A stretch of DNA of 64,000 bases from Eledone cirrhosa. Its lineage: Eukaryota. The translations under genes were made by a program, and so were the position numbers. Of the stretch, positions 39,610-51,930 are shown in pieces. The notes beneath the pieces are model-generated. The model searched no databases and was not told where the DNA came from. It was given only the letters and a program-made list of their open reading frames with translations. How positions within the stretch are numbered: position 1 is the stretch's first letter; the number at the start of each line of letters is the position of its first letter. The stretch is from assembly GCA_964016885.1 (NCBI GenBank), contig CAXHJY010000426.1, positions 1-64,000 of the forward strand, read 5' to 3'.

Positions 39610-42600
39610 ATAATATTAATAAATGGAAAATATCTTTATAAAACCATATTTATTTTATTATACACATTTAAGTACGCTTTCATCAGATAAAATATATTTG
39701 GTGTTAAGATAATGACATATCTTCATGTGAACTTAATGGTATAAGTCCAGTGAGGATAGTGAATAGAAAGGTTCAACACTCAAGGGATATATGCTAATGA
39801 GGATACCATTAAACCTGAAAAAAGCCATTAAATTTAGACGCTTGATAAATTTCAAAAATCCTTATTTATATTGTTTATGGGTTTGCTATTATAGGTTGAA
39901 AAATTATTTTAGAGTTAGTTATAGATATATTCACCCAAAAATATATAGAAGGAATATTTCGAAGGAATCACATAATTATACTTAATTATTTTTTTTATTT
40001 TTTAATATATATTTTAAGAATATGGATATATTTATAATATTTAGATGAGAATTATAATGAATTGTATTAAATTATAAACTATTAATTCATTAAAGCAATT
40101 ACAACAATATAATATGTGAATGAATATACTCCGTATTTACATATATATACAAGTGCATTTATTTTTTTGCATATATTTTAATACTATGAATGTAGTTATA
40201 AATATAATGTATTGTAGTATATTATAAGACATTATTAAGTACCAGTAATGTACTGGGTAACTGCTGGCCTTGTGACTAAAATAGAAACAATTATTATATA
40301 TCGTTATTTAAAAATAAATAATTATTTACTACATAAATGATAATGTGTGAATATAGATCTTATTTAAGTATATATATATTTATAAATGAGCATAGGAGAG
40401 ATCAAGTAATTATATGTATTTTATACATATACTTTAAGAATGTGAAACTAATTATATTTTTTAAGTAAAAATGTACAGTATTGTGGTATAATCTATTATT
40501 GTATATGGTTAGTAATATAATATTTAAACAGTTATGCAAGTTGAAATGTATTTTTTTTTTTTTCATTTTACATCCGCTTTTCCCTGCTTGCAAGGGTGGG
40601 ACGGGAACTGATTCTGGCTTGATTTCTACAGCTGCATGCTCTTCCTAACACCAACCTCATTTACAGTGAGTGCTAGGTACTTTTTTTCCGTGGCGCCTAC
40701 ACTTTACAGTGTGGGCTGGGTGCTTTTTTTGCTGTGACACCTCCATGACCACTTTGCAGTGGAATGATAGGGACCCCAGTCCCTATCATCTGATTTTTAC
40801 AGCTGAGTAAACTGGAGCAATGTGAAATAAAGTGTCTTGCTCAAGGAAACAACACATCACCCAGTCTGAGAATTGAACTCACAACCTTTCGATTGCAAGG
40901 CCAATGCTCTAACCACTAAGCCATGTGCCTCTATTGTATTGTATATGTGAATTGTAAACGAAGAAATATTTGGGTAGATAACTCTAATATTTAGTATTTT
41001 AAAGAATGCTTACGATAGATATTTAATAATATATTGTTTCATCTAATGTTTACCATAATTATTAATTATAATTTATATAATATTTTTTTACATTATATAA
41101 GAAATATTTCTCTGTATTAAATTTTAAAATATTTAAAAATATTTGTATTTATATTGTACATAGGCAACTTATATAGACCATATTGTAGTAGGTTCTATAA
41201 ATTATAAATATTGTGAAATGTTCTGGAGAATCGATGCAAACAAGAATTAAATATTTCATTTTTTTTGTTAATAATATTACCAGGGTTGGTAATTATATGA
41301 AAGATTTCTTCAATACAGACATGACAAATTCGTGAGAATGCCATATTTTGGTAAACCGGCACATTCGATGATATTTTTCTCCAAGAGATTGAATAGTCAA
41401 TGTTATTGTCTTTTAAAGACCAAATTAGTTGTGACAGTGAGGTTGAGAATTTTTTATCCAATCATTTGAAAGTATGTTTATGATTATACCAACGCTCCTT
41501 AAATTTTGAAGAAGTTGCTCCTATATAGTTATAGTGCCTATCCATAGTTTTTATGGGATATTTGTATACTAAATTCTATCAAGGCAATTATTCTGTAAAG
41601 GGCATAAGATGTTATTCCTGCAATTACATTTCCTTATATTGTTATTTAAAGATACCATATTATTATTCATGTATTCGCTATAATTATTATTATTATTATT
41701 CGTAATGATATTAATTATATTGTTATTTGAGTTTACTTCAGTTAGGTTTAATTTTAAATTCCTATTATTAATTCTAGCAATATTCTGAGCTACATTCATA
41801 GTTGCAGAGTAAGAGAGCTTGACTGTATGTCTGTTAAAAATGGAGTGATACTTATGGGACTTAGGAAAACATTTATCTAGAGCCAAATTATATTTCTAGT
41901 TCTGGCTTTTCTATTTGATTTATTATTTTGGTTAATTTGTTTAAATTTATTATTACTATAATAAACTTTAGGAGGTTGGTTTTTACTATTCCTATCTATG
42001 TAGTTAATTTTATTATTGTATCCAGCTCTGTGTAGTGCGTCATTATAATATTCTGCTTTGTTATCAAATATATTTTTATTAGCTGAGAGTCTAGATATTC
42101 TTAGCTGGACACTATTAGCTATAGATTTTTTAACGTTTTTAGGGTGGTTTGAGTAGAAGCTGACATAATTTAGGTTTCATTAATGTTATGGAACAGGTAA
42201 TATAGGCCGGAGTTAAGGTTTAATGTAACATCTAAGAAATTAACTATTTTATTATTGCCTTCTATTTCTAACTTAAGGTCGTAATTATTAAAGAAGTCTA
42301 TAATAATTTTCTTTTTTCTGCTATCACTATTGTTGTTTATCTACTATGAATAATGCCATGTCACGATACAAGCCTCCAGCAATTTCCAGTATTTTCCTAT
42401 GTAAAAAGTTAAGAGTGAAGATGCCAACGAGGTCTGTAACCTGAGCTGAGTCCAAAGAACCCATTGTAATATCAAAATTCTACAGTCTATCAGCTCTAGT
42501 CCAGAGATCGTTGTTAAATTCAATAAGAGTTTTTCGTGCAGTTAATATAATGTTTATTTCTTCGCTAGATAAGTTAGTATGCTTGGATGCGTATATTAGT

Positions 42601-42620
42601 GCTATATTAAGTAAATTAGG
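39610..42620 (-). mobile_element. Naiad-type Penelope-like element: decayed RT/GIY-YIG at 41195-42620, long AT-rich 3' region ending in a hammerhead remnant (39646-39696)
   Basis: MGSLDSAQVTDLVG, GLYRD, NFLDVTLNL, CNCRNNILCPLQNNCL, YIGATS, CHVCIEE, SCLH; homologous to 58651-62330. Confidence 0.88.
40562..40930 (-). mobile_element. tRNA-derived SINE with RTE-derived tail
   Basis: A box TGGCTTAGTGG, B box GAGTTCAATTC, CCTTGAGCAAGACACTT central domain, 48-bp-type modules and RTE-A terminus; second copy at 57250-57592. Confidence 0.88.
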
Positions 42621-42621
42621 A

Positions 42622-43230
42622 GATCATCATCATCATTTTACGTCCGCTTTTCCCTGCTTGCAAGGGTGGGATGGGTCTTATTCAGCACAGCATCTCGCCA
42701 CTTGTCACAGCCCTTCGTCATCCCCACCGTGAGCTTCAATGATCTGAGGTCTGCTCTCAGTCTTCTCTCCTGCACACCAAAACTTATCCCTCTTATACAC
42801 AGTTTCTCTCTCAACACATCTATGGTCATTCACGCACACTGACATTGCACATCCAACGGAGCATACTTGCCTCATTTCTCTCCAGCCGTCGCATATCTTC
42901 TGCAGTTGCTGCCCATGTCACACTACTATGCAGTATTGCACATCTCACACAGGCATCATATAACTGGCCTTTCGTATGCAGGGAGAAACCCTTCTTTGTC
43001 AACAGAGGAAGCAGATTCCTAAACTTCTTCCAACCCGTCCTTATTCTAGATACTATGGCCTCGGAACACCCCTCTACCATGCTAATCTGATCACCTAGGT
43101 ACTGGAAGCTATCAACCACTTCTATAGAACCCACCTGCATTTGAAAGATGTGTCTATCACTGCGATTACTACTGTCAACTTTCCCTGTACATCTACTGCA
43201 TACGTAGTTTTCCCTACTGTCTCACTACAT
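42622..43230 (-). mobile_element. RTE family A 3' fragment with internal deletion
   Basis: MQVGSIEVVDSFQYLG...ERRLR|ADLRSLK...REKRT*, then (TGA)n. Confidence 0.92.
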
Positions 43231-43271
43231 CGCTTGTGTACCCAAGATATATATACATATATATATATAGA

Positions 43272-43388
43272 AACCAGTAAGACCCCGACAGCTGAGCTCA
43301 AGCCGTTTCGACGGCTAATTCTGGACTGAATTAGTCCAGAATTAACCGTCGAAACGGCTTGAGCTCAGCTGTCGGGGTCTTACTGGTT
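43272..43388. repeat. Near-perfect 117-bp palindrome containing the 3' half of a hammerhead
   Basis: AACCAGTAAGACCCCGACAGCTGAGCTCAAGCCGTTTCGACGGCTAATTCTGGACT, short loop, then reverse complement with one mismatch. Confidence 0.95.
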
Positions 43389-43519
43389 CCTATTACCCAC
43401 TCTACTACCTCAAGTATTGAGTACTTTGGTGCGTTATGGTCCACCTGGTTCCTTACCACATTTCCTTCGTTATATATATATATATATATGTAGATAAATC
43501 TACCAAAAGTTTACGGTAG

Positions 43520-43561
<42 letters not shown>

Positions 43562-43676
43562 ATATATATATGTATATTTCGTATCTCCAAAGAAATACGG
43601 TTTTAGGAAGCCGTAGCTATGCAAACACCGGGGGGGGGGGGCTAACGCCCTCTGGTGATGTCTAGCAGAAGCAAGG

Positions 43677-43729
43677 GGGACAACCGTCTATGCATTTCAG
43701 GCTTAACTGGCCTTCGTCAGGACGGTCCC
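43677..43729 (-). ncRNA. Minimal type I hammerhead ribozyme, intact core
   Basis: GGGA-CCGTC-CTGACGA-AGGC-CAGTTAA-GCCT-GAAA-TGCA-TA|GACGG-TTG-TCCC; palindromic stem III ATGCAT. Confidence 0.88.
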
Positions 43730-43989
43730 TCCCACCGCTTGCGACTACTGGACTAGAAGACAAGCGAGAATATATAGTTTCCTCGTCTGTGTAAATGATG
43801 TGATTAATCTCATTTGCATATGAAGCTGCATAAGTTGGCTCAACTTATAATGAAAAAGAAATAGGATTTCACTTCAAGCATAATATAAATATATATATAT
43901 ATATATAATATTAATAATAACATTCAATTCGTTTGCAATTATGCAAACAAGCCTGTCAGTAGAATGAACCCTTCATTCTTGCTCTTGTG

Positions 43990-44069
43990 TTGGCATGCGA
44001 ACAGAACTGCAGACACTAATGTTTCTGGGTATCACCCTTCATCAGTACAGCTCACTGTTCACCTGCCAA
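43990..44069 (-). ncRNA. Type I hammerhead ribozyme with extended stem I
   Basis: TTGGCA..GAACAGT-GAGCTGTA-CTGATGA-A-GGGT-GAT-ACCC-A-GAAA-CA-TTAG-TG-TC|TGCAGTTC-TGTTC..TGCCAA. Confidence 0.85.
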
Positions 44070-44446
44070 ACTGTCAGAGCTAGTGAAAATATATGCTATT
44101 TTCAAAAATAGTGACTGATTGGCCTGATTTGCATATTAGCAGACTGGCTGATCAGTCAGATCTGCATATTAGCAGATGCACTAATCAGCCAGATTTGCAT
44201 ATCAGCAGTCTGGCCAGTCAGTTTCCTGTATATGAGCGATAAATGGCCAGCTTTGCCAAATTCAAATAAAAAAGAAAATTTCACTCTACATAGCTGAATA
44301 CAATAAATATAATCTGAGTTTTTCGAATATTAATAATAACATTTGATTTGTTTGCATTTATGCAAACAAGCCTCAATATTATAGCCCTGTCAGTAGAATG
44401 AACACTTCATTCTTGCTCTTGTGTTGGCATGAAGTGTTCATTCTAC

Positions 44447-46077
44447 TTTTACAAACAGCCTCAATGACAGAGGCCAGAGACATCGTTATGTTAGCAGGGG
44501 ATTTCAATGGACATGTTGGACAGCTCCAGGATGGATACACTGGGGTACATGGAGGGCACGGTTATGGCTCAAGAAATGAAGGAGTGGGACTTCTTGAATT
44601 TTGTGATGCAAATGCATTAACCATTTGCAACACTAACTTCCAGAAGCCTACCAACCACCTAATAACCTACAAATCAGGCGAGCACATAAGCCAGATTGAC
44701 TTCTGCTAGTTAGACAGCGAGACAGACAGATGGTGTCAAATACTAAGGCAAACCCTGGGGAAGAATGTACCCCACAGCATAGGTTAGTCGTTAGTGACAT
44801 CTCAGTAAGTATGAGAAAGAATAAGACATACAGGAAGGTGTGGAAGAAAAGGTCTGGAAGCTAAAAGACCTTTCATTAAAATATAAATTTAGCAAAGCCC
44901 TTCAAGACAAGTATGATGAAAAAGAAGACGATTTAGAGTTGTATGATGATAACTGGAATTTCTTACGTGACAACTTACTGCAGGCTACTGAAGAAACTTG
45001 TGGTTGGGGGCTGAGCTTCAACCAGACAGTGAGTGACCTGGTGGTGGAACACCACAGTAGATAGGGCCATTAGAGACAAAAGACTGGCATGGAAGGCTTG
45101 GAAAAATGGTGGGAGTAGGGAAGGATACACAGCTGCTAGGAGAGAAGCTAGAGGTCAAGTGTACTTAGCACGCAGGGAGGCTGAGAGTAGGAGGTTTGCC
45201 AATGTTCTGGGACAGGAAGATCAGAGACGTGCGGTCTTCTGCATTGCAAGGCAGTGTGTCAGTGAAAATCCGGATGTTATTGGAGATAAATGGTCCCACC
45301 CTTGCAAGCAAGGAAAAGCAGACGTACAATGATGATGATGATGATGAAATGTGTCCGGAATGATGCTGGTGTACTTAGTGTCATAAATGATCAAAAAAAG
45401 GAGGCCTGGAAATGTCACTATGAGAGACTGATGAATGTGGAGAATGAATGGGACAGGAGAGAAATTACCCCCAGTAGACCCAACAGAGGGACCAGCTATT
45501 GAGATTGACGAATATAGGTTACAAGAGGCAATTAAAGAAGTGAAGAATGGTAAGGCTGCTGGACCGTCGAGGATAGTTGCTGAGATGCTGAAGGCATCAG
45601 GAGAAGTAGGCACTAAACTGGTTGCAGGCATCATCAATCAAGCTATATATGGTGGTGTCATACCCAAAGACTGGTGCAGCAGTATTCTCATAAATTGCTA
45701 CAAAGGAGCAATTATAAGCTGATGGATCAGGTTATGAAAGTAGCAGAGAGAATATTAGCGCATCTGATTAGAGAAAGGGTCAAATTAGATGAGATGCAGT
45801 TTGGTTTTGTGCCTCGGGAAAGTACAACAGATGCCCTCTTCTTAGTGAGGCAACTACAAGAGAAGTTCTTAGAGAGGAATAAGCCACTATACTTAACCTT
45901 TGTTGACCTAGAGAAGGCCTTTTATAGAGTACCTCGATCTGTCATCTGGTGGTCCCAAAGGAAACTAAGTGTAGAGGAATGGCTTGTGAGGACAGTGCAA
46001 GCTATGTACGGGGTGATGTCAGTAAAGTGAGGGTAGGAATGGAGTTTAGTGAGGAATTCCAGATACAAGTAGGTGTA
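44447..46077 (+). mobile_element. RTE family A fragment (APE to RT), decayed
   Basis: [36 protein letters not shown]. Confidence 0.92.
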
Positions 46078-46277
46078 CACACACACACACAGACACACAC
46101 ACACACACACATATATATATTTAAAAGAAGTTCCATATATTTTATTATGCGCATTTCGAAAACAACATCATCCTGGGACAAAAAAAAAAATATATATATA
46201 TATATGTACATATATATATATATATTGTGGTACCAAGATAACTATATATATATGTACATATATATATATATATAGTT

Positions 46278-46565
46278 ATCTTGGTACCACAACATCCAGT
46301 CCAAAATAAATGATGTGTAGGTGTCACAACAAAAAAACACAGTCCACGCTGTAATGTGGTCATGTAGGTAACATGGTAAAAACCTCCCAGTTCCACACTG
46401 TAAATATGGTTGGTGTTAGGAAGGGCATCTAGCCGTAGAAAACCTGCCAGACAGCCCTATACGAGCGAGACATTGTCACCTGACAAATCTTGCCTCAAGT
46501 AGGACAATTCCTGTCTAAACCCATGCTAGCATGGAAGATAGACGTTAAACGTTGATGATGATGAT
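46278..46565 (+). mobile_element. RTE family B 3' UTR and tail
   Basis: Matches 49420-49702 and 56640-56925. Confidence 0.88.
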
Positions 46566-46595
46566 ATATATATATATATAAATCATCATCATCAT

Positions 46596-47450
46596 CAGTA
46601 AAGTGAGAGTAGGAATGGAGTTTAGTGATGAATTCCAGACACAAGTAGGTGTTCATCAAGGTTCGGTCCTCAGCCCGCTCTTGTTCATTATAGTCCTCCA
46701 AGCCATAACAGAGGAGTTTAAGACTGGATGCCCATGGAAACTTCTCTATGCTGATGATCTGGTTCTTATAGCAGAATCAGTAGAGGAGCTAGAGAATAAA
46801 TTCTGGCTATGGAAACAGCAGTTGGAAGCAAGAGGACTGAGAGTGAACCTAGCTAACACAAAAGTGTTGATGAGTAGAAGAGAGGACAAAGCTCTGATTC
46901 TGTCAGGGAAATGGCCATGTTCGATATGTAGGAAAGGAACTGGCATAAATTCCATAGAATGTACGCAGTGCAGATCTTGGGTACACAAGAGATGTAGTAG
47001 GGAGAAATATGTATGCACTAGATGTAGAGGGAAAGTTGGCAGTAGTAATCACAGTGATAGACACATTTTTCCAATGCAGGTGGGTTCTATAGAAGTGGTT
47101 GATAGCTTCCGGTACCAATTACACCTCTCAAAGGCACATGACCGTGACCTCTGGTGTCACGCAGTAATATAGAAGACCCGACCGCCCCACGGGTACAAGC
47201 CGAAGCTGAAGCATATAGACAATATGTGCCCACCAACTCCCACTGCAAAGTGGTCGTGGAGGTGCCATGGCAAAAAAGCATCCAGCCCACACTGTAAAGT
47301 GGATGTGTAGGCGCCACGGAAAAAAGCACCCAGCACTCACTGTAAATGAGGTTGGTGTTAGGAAGGGCATCCAGCTGTAGAAATCTAGCCAGAATCAGGT
47401 CCCGTATGAGCAAGACAGGGAAAAGCGGACGTAAAATGATGATGATGATA
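46596..47450 (+). mobile_element. Chimeric RTE: family A RT/PHD, family B-type 3' end, family A terminus
   Basis: A-type ...EVVDSFRY switches near 47115 to B-type LHLSKA..DLW; ends CAGGGAAAAGCGGACGTAAAA(TGA)n. Confidence 0.82.
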
Positions 47451-47869
47451 TATATGTATATAAATATATATTTATATATATAAATATATAAATATATATT
47501 TATATATATAAATATATAAATATATATGTTTATATATTTTTATATATATCTATATATATATATATACAATGATATTAAATAAATGGAAACTATATTTATA
47601 AAACCATATTTATTCTATTATATATATTTCAAGGGTACCAAAAAAAAAAAAACTTTGGTACGTTTTCATAAAATACAAAGAGTGTTTTATAAATTTTTAC
47701 ATAACCAAGGAAGTCATACTTTATCAGTTGAATTTTCTTATTGAATACTTACTCCAGAAATCTGTCGAGTACTCTGAATCAGTTATAAACATTTCCAACA
47801 AATTAAATATCCCTTCTACTTATATATATATATATATATTTATGTATATCTATATATATATATTTATAT

Positions 47870-49702
47870 ATTGATCCAATAGAGGGACCAGCAGTGCAAG
47901 TTGAAGGTAGTATAATAAGTAAGGCAATCAAAGATATGAAGACAGGCAAGGCAGCTGGGCCTTCGGAGATAGTTACTGAAATGCTGAAAGCATCTGGATC
48001 GGTGGGACACACTACGGTCACCCGTATAGTAAACCAAGTCATACAGAATGGGGTCATACCAAATGACTGGCGTAGCAGCATCATCATTAACTGCTACAAG
48101 AGTAAACGAGATGCCCTAGATATGGGGAAACTATACAGCCATTAAATTAATTGACCAGGTCATGAAGGTCACAGAAAGAGTTATAGCGCAACTAATCAGA
48201 GAGCGAATTGATCTAGATGAAATGCAGTTTGGGTTTGTGTCAGGTAAAAATACCACAGACGCTCTTTTCATTGTACGACAACTACAGGAGAAGTTCCTAG
48301 CTAAAGGTAAACCCCTCTACTTAGCTTTTGTTGACTTGGAGGACCCTTTGACAGAGTACCCCGCCCCATTATCTCCTATTTATTATTGCCCTTCAGGCTA
48401 TAACAGAGGAGTTCAAGACAGTCTGCCCATGGGAACTTCTATATGCAGATGATCTAACGCTCATAGCTGAATCAATAGCTGAACTAGAGAAGAAATTCCA
48501 AACATGGAAGCAAGGCCTAGAATCAAAAGGCCTTCAAATTAACTTGTCTAAGACTAAAGTTCTAGTATCTTGGAAGGAAAATAGGGCACTGGTCCCCCCT
48601 GGGAAATGGCCATGCTCAGTGTGTATGAAAGGAGTAGGTAGAAACTCCATTTTATGTCCCAAATGCAAAGTATGGGTGCATAAAAGATGTAGTGGGTTCA
48701 CAGGTAAGCTATCTAAGAACATAGATTTTATATGTGGCCAGTGCTCAGGTGCAATAAGTAGTAGCAAGTGCACACAGGATACTAGCTCCTTCCATTGCCC
48801 AGATGGTTCTATAGAAATAGTGGACACCTTCTGTTACCTGGGTGACAAAATCAACAGTGGTGGAAGGAGCTCTGAAAGTACAGTAGCCAGAGTCAGAACG
48901 GGATGGAAAAAGTTCAGAGAGCTTATACCACTATTGGCCGCTAAAGGTTTCTCTCTAAAAATGAAAGGCAGATTGTATGATGCCTGTATACGAACAGCAA
49001 TGTTACATGGCAGTGAGACATGGGCATTGTGTGCAGAGGAACGAAGCTTGCATGCTCCATTGGATGTGTAATAGTAATATACGTGAACAGCAAAGCATAA
49101 ATGAACTAAGTGAGAAATTAGGAATAAGAGGGATCAGATGTTGTTTACTCGAGAGACGACTACGTTGGCATGGTCATGTGATGCGCATGAAAGACAACTG
49201 CTGTATAAAAAAGTGCAGGGCGATCAAAATTGATGGAAGCTATGGAGTAGGCAGACCCAGAAAAACCTGGGACGATTTGATAAATTCCGAACTTACACAC
49301 ATACACCTCTCTAAGATCTTTGGCACTACGCAGTAATACAGAAGACCCATCTTGCCTAAGTACAACGCAAAACCTACTACTACTCCTACCCCCACCCACA
49401 CCACCCCTTTTTCTGTAAAGTTATGTTGGTACCACAACACCCGGTCCTAAATAAATGAGGTCGTGTAGGTGCGACGACAAAAAAACACACTGTCCACGCT
49501 ATAATGTGGCCGTGTAGGTAACACGGTAAAAACTTCCCAGTCCACACTGTAAACGTGGATGATGTTAGGAAGGGCATCCAACCATAGAAAACCTGCCAGA
49601 CAGTTCTATGTGAGCGAGACAACCAATCTTGCCTCAAGTGGGACAATTCCCATCTAAACCCATGCTAGCGTGGAAGATAGACGTTAAACGATGATGATGA
49701 TA
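47870..49702 (+). mobile_element. RTE family B fragment with deletions
   Basis: KAAGPSEIV, QFGFVSG, YADD, PHD region, MLHGSETW, 3' UTR and tail. Confidence 0.92.
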
Positions 49703-49741
49703 TTTATATATATATATATATATATATGTGAAGTATTTCCG

Positions 49742-49781
<40 letters not shown>

Positions 49782-49784
<3 letters not shown>

Positions 49785-51087
49785 GGTGTGGGCGATATCT
49801 GTTCGCAATTTTCAACTGCTAATTTTATGCAAATTTTTTTTATACTTCCGTTGTCACTCTTGTCTTCATAAAAACAGTGACTATATTTCCATTATTTATT
49901 TTCAGAATAATTGATTATGAATAATTTTGAACCTCCAAATTTGTGGAAGAGACACAGAGTTCTTCTTGGAATCCGCACCGGGAGGACAAATAAGGAAATT
50001 TCAGACTTTCTCAGCGTCAGCAGGAGAATGGTGGAAAAGGTCAGAAAGGAATTGGAAGATTCAGGATTCGACTACGAAGCAACATCAGAGAGGAAAACAC
50101 ATGATCGACGATCTGGCGCCTTCAGAACGCCTGAGTTCATCGCTGAAGTTCAGGATATCATCAACAATGAACCTAGCAAGTCGATGCGAGCCATTGCAAG
50201 GGAGAAAGGCGCGGATGAAAAGCTCATTAGGTTGGTGGTACATGAAGACATTCGTTATGTTTCATACAAGATGAGGAAAGGACAATTTCTGTCAAAGGTG
50301 ATGTAAGAAAAGCAACTGAAGCATGCAAAGAAGCTGATCAACAAGTTGAAACACCCACTGGAGCCAGACATGCTGTGGTTTTTCTCTGATGAGAAAAACT
50401 TCTGCCAAGACCAGAAGATCAACTCCCAGAACAACAGGTGGCTGGCTGTCTCATCCAAAGACGTGCCCAGAGTCATGCAGACAAAGTTTCCAGCAAGAAG
50501 ATTGGTCTTAGGTGCCGTCAGCAGCCAAGGTGCCGTCATGTCACCTCACTACTTCCCTTAGGGCCTCAAGCTGAACACTGATGGCTACATCTGCGTTCTG
50601 AGCGAGGTAGTAAAGCCCTGGATCGATCAAGTAGCTGCAGGTAGGTCGCACGTGTGGCAGCAAGACTCAGCGCCCTGCCATACCAGCCGAAAGACCCAAG
50701 CATGGCTGTCAGAACTTCGTCGACCACACTTCACCTGACATCTGGCCTCCCAGCTCGCCTAACTACAACCCCCTCTACTACTTTGTGTGGGGCGCAATGG
50801 AACGAGACACCAACAGATCTAGCTGCAATATGATAGACGATCTGAAGGCCAGGATCACAAGTGCATTTAGGGGCCTAAGTCGGGGGACAGTGACGAAGGC
50901 ATCTAGCCGATTCTGAGGCCGTCTTGAGGCTGTCATCAAAGCCAATGGCGGGTTTATTAAGTGAGATCGAAAGAACAAGTCATGAAGACAAACTGACCCA
51001 AGTTTGATAAATATATCTTAAAAAATAAAACTACTGTGTTATTTTTCCTAGACAGTAATCTTGCGAACAAATATCGTCCGCACCCTG
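49782..51087 (+). mobile_element. Full-length decayed Tc1/mariner transposon, DD37D (maT-like)
   Basis: 27-bp imperfect TIRs CAGGGTGTGGGCGATATCTGTTCGCAA / TTGCGAACAAATATCGTCCGCACCCTG, flanked by TA. Confidence 0.93.
49917..50964 (+). pseudogene. DD37D-type transposase pseudogene
   Basis: HTH region, FFSDEKNF, WQQDSAPCH, WPPSSPNYNPLYYFVW. Spacing is 37 residues after repairing a frameshift near 50712; the third Asp position reads Tyr; several internal stops. Confidence 0.88.
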
Positions 51088-51145
51088 TATATATATATAA
51101 GCAGGGAAAAGTGTACGTAAAATGATTATGAATGATGATGATATA

Positions 51146-51234
<89 letters not shown>

Positions 51235-51930
51235 AACTTTTTCTATATTTATATATATATATTTATACATTTAAATATATATATAAATTTAACTTTTTCA
51301 TATCAGGCGAAAAACCTCATCTTTTATTTATTTCCCAGCCGATTTCCTTGAAATTTGCAGCACACATTAGTTAGTCCCCTCGCATTACTGTGGATGAAAA
51401 GAATTTCCAATTCCGTTAATGGTTTCTAGGAAATTTACGAATTAGCATTGGGCATTACATTCCATTTTCAATATAAACACTACTTAACACTGTATAATAT
51501 TTGTTTAAAAATGTGCTTTATTTAACAGAGAACACAACACTTTCTTTTAAGCAGGACCATTTTGGGGGAATTGAGGAAATGAGGAGGACCTTAAAATTTT
51601 TGTCGGCTCCCTGTTGACGCTTCGTGCTTTCATCATGCTATGTTATTGACACCGTAAAACCCACGTCTGTGCTACTTCTACTAAGACCCATTTTGTTGCA
51701 CCTACACTGCAACTTTCTTCAGCTATTCTCTGGTTATTGATGATGGTCATCATGCATTGCTGGAGGTTATATTTTTTTGACTCAAGCAGGCCGATAGCCA
51801 TCGAATATATGTGTTGCTATATATATATAAAAATATATGTATATATATATATAAATATATGTGTATATATATATATATATATAAATATATGTGTATATAT
51901 ATATGTATATATATATATATATATGTATAT

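Noticed and set aside
51737-51930. N-terminal extension of the 1077-aa ORF
   Set aside because: It is flanking DNA and (TA)n in frame by chance. The LINE is 5'-truncated at 51931, so this copy is probably not autonomous.
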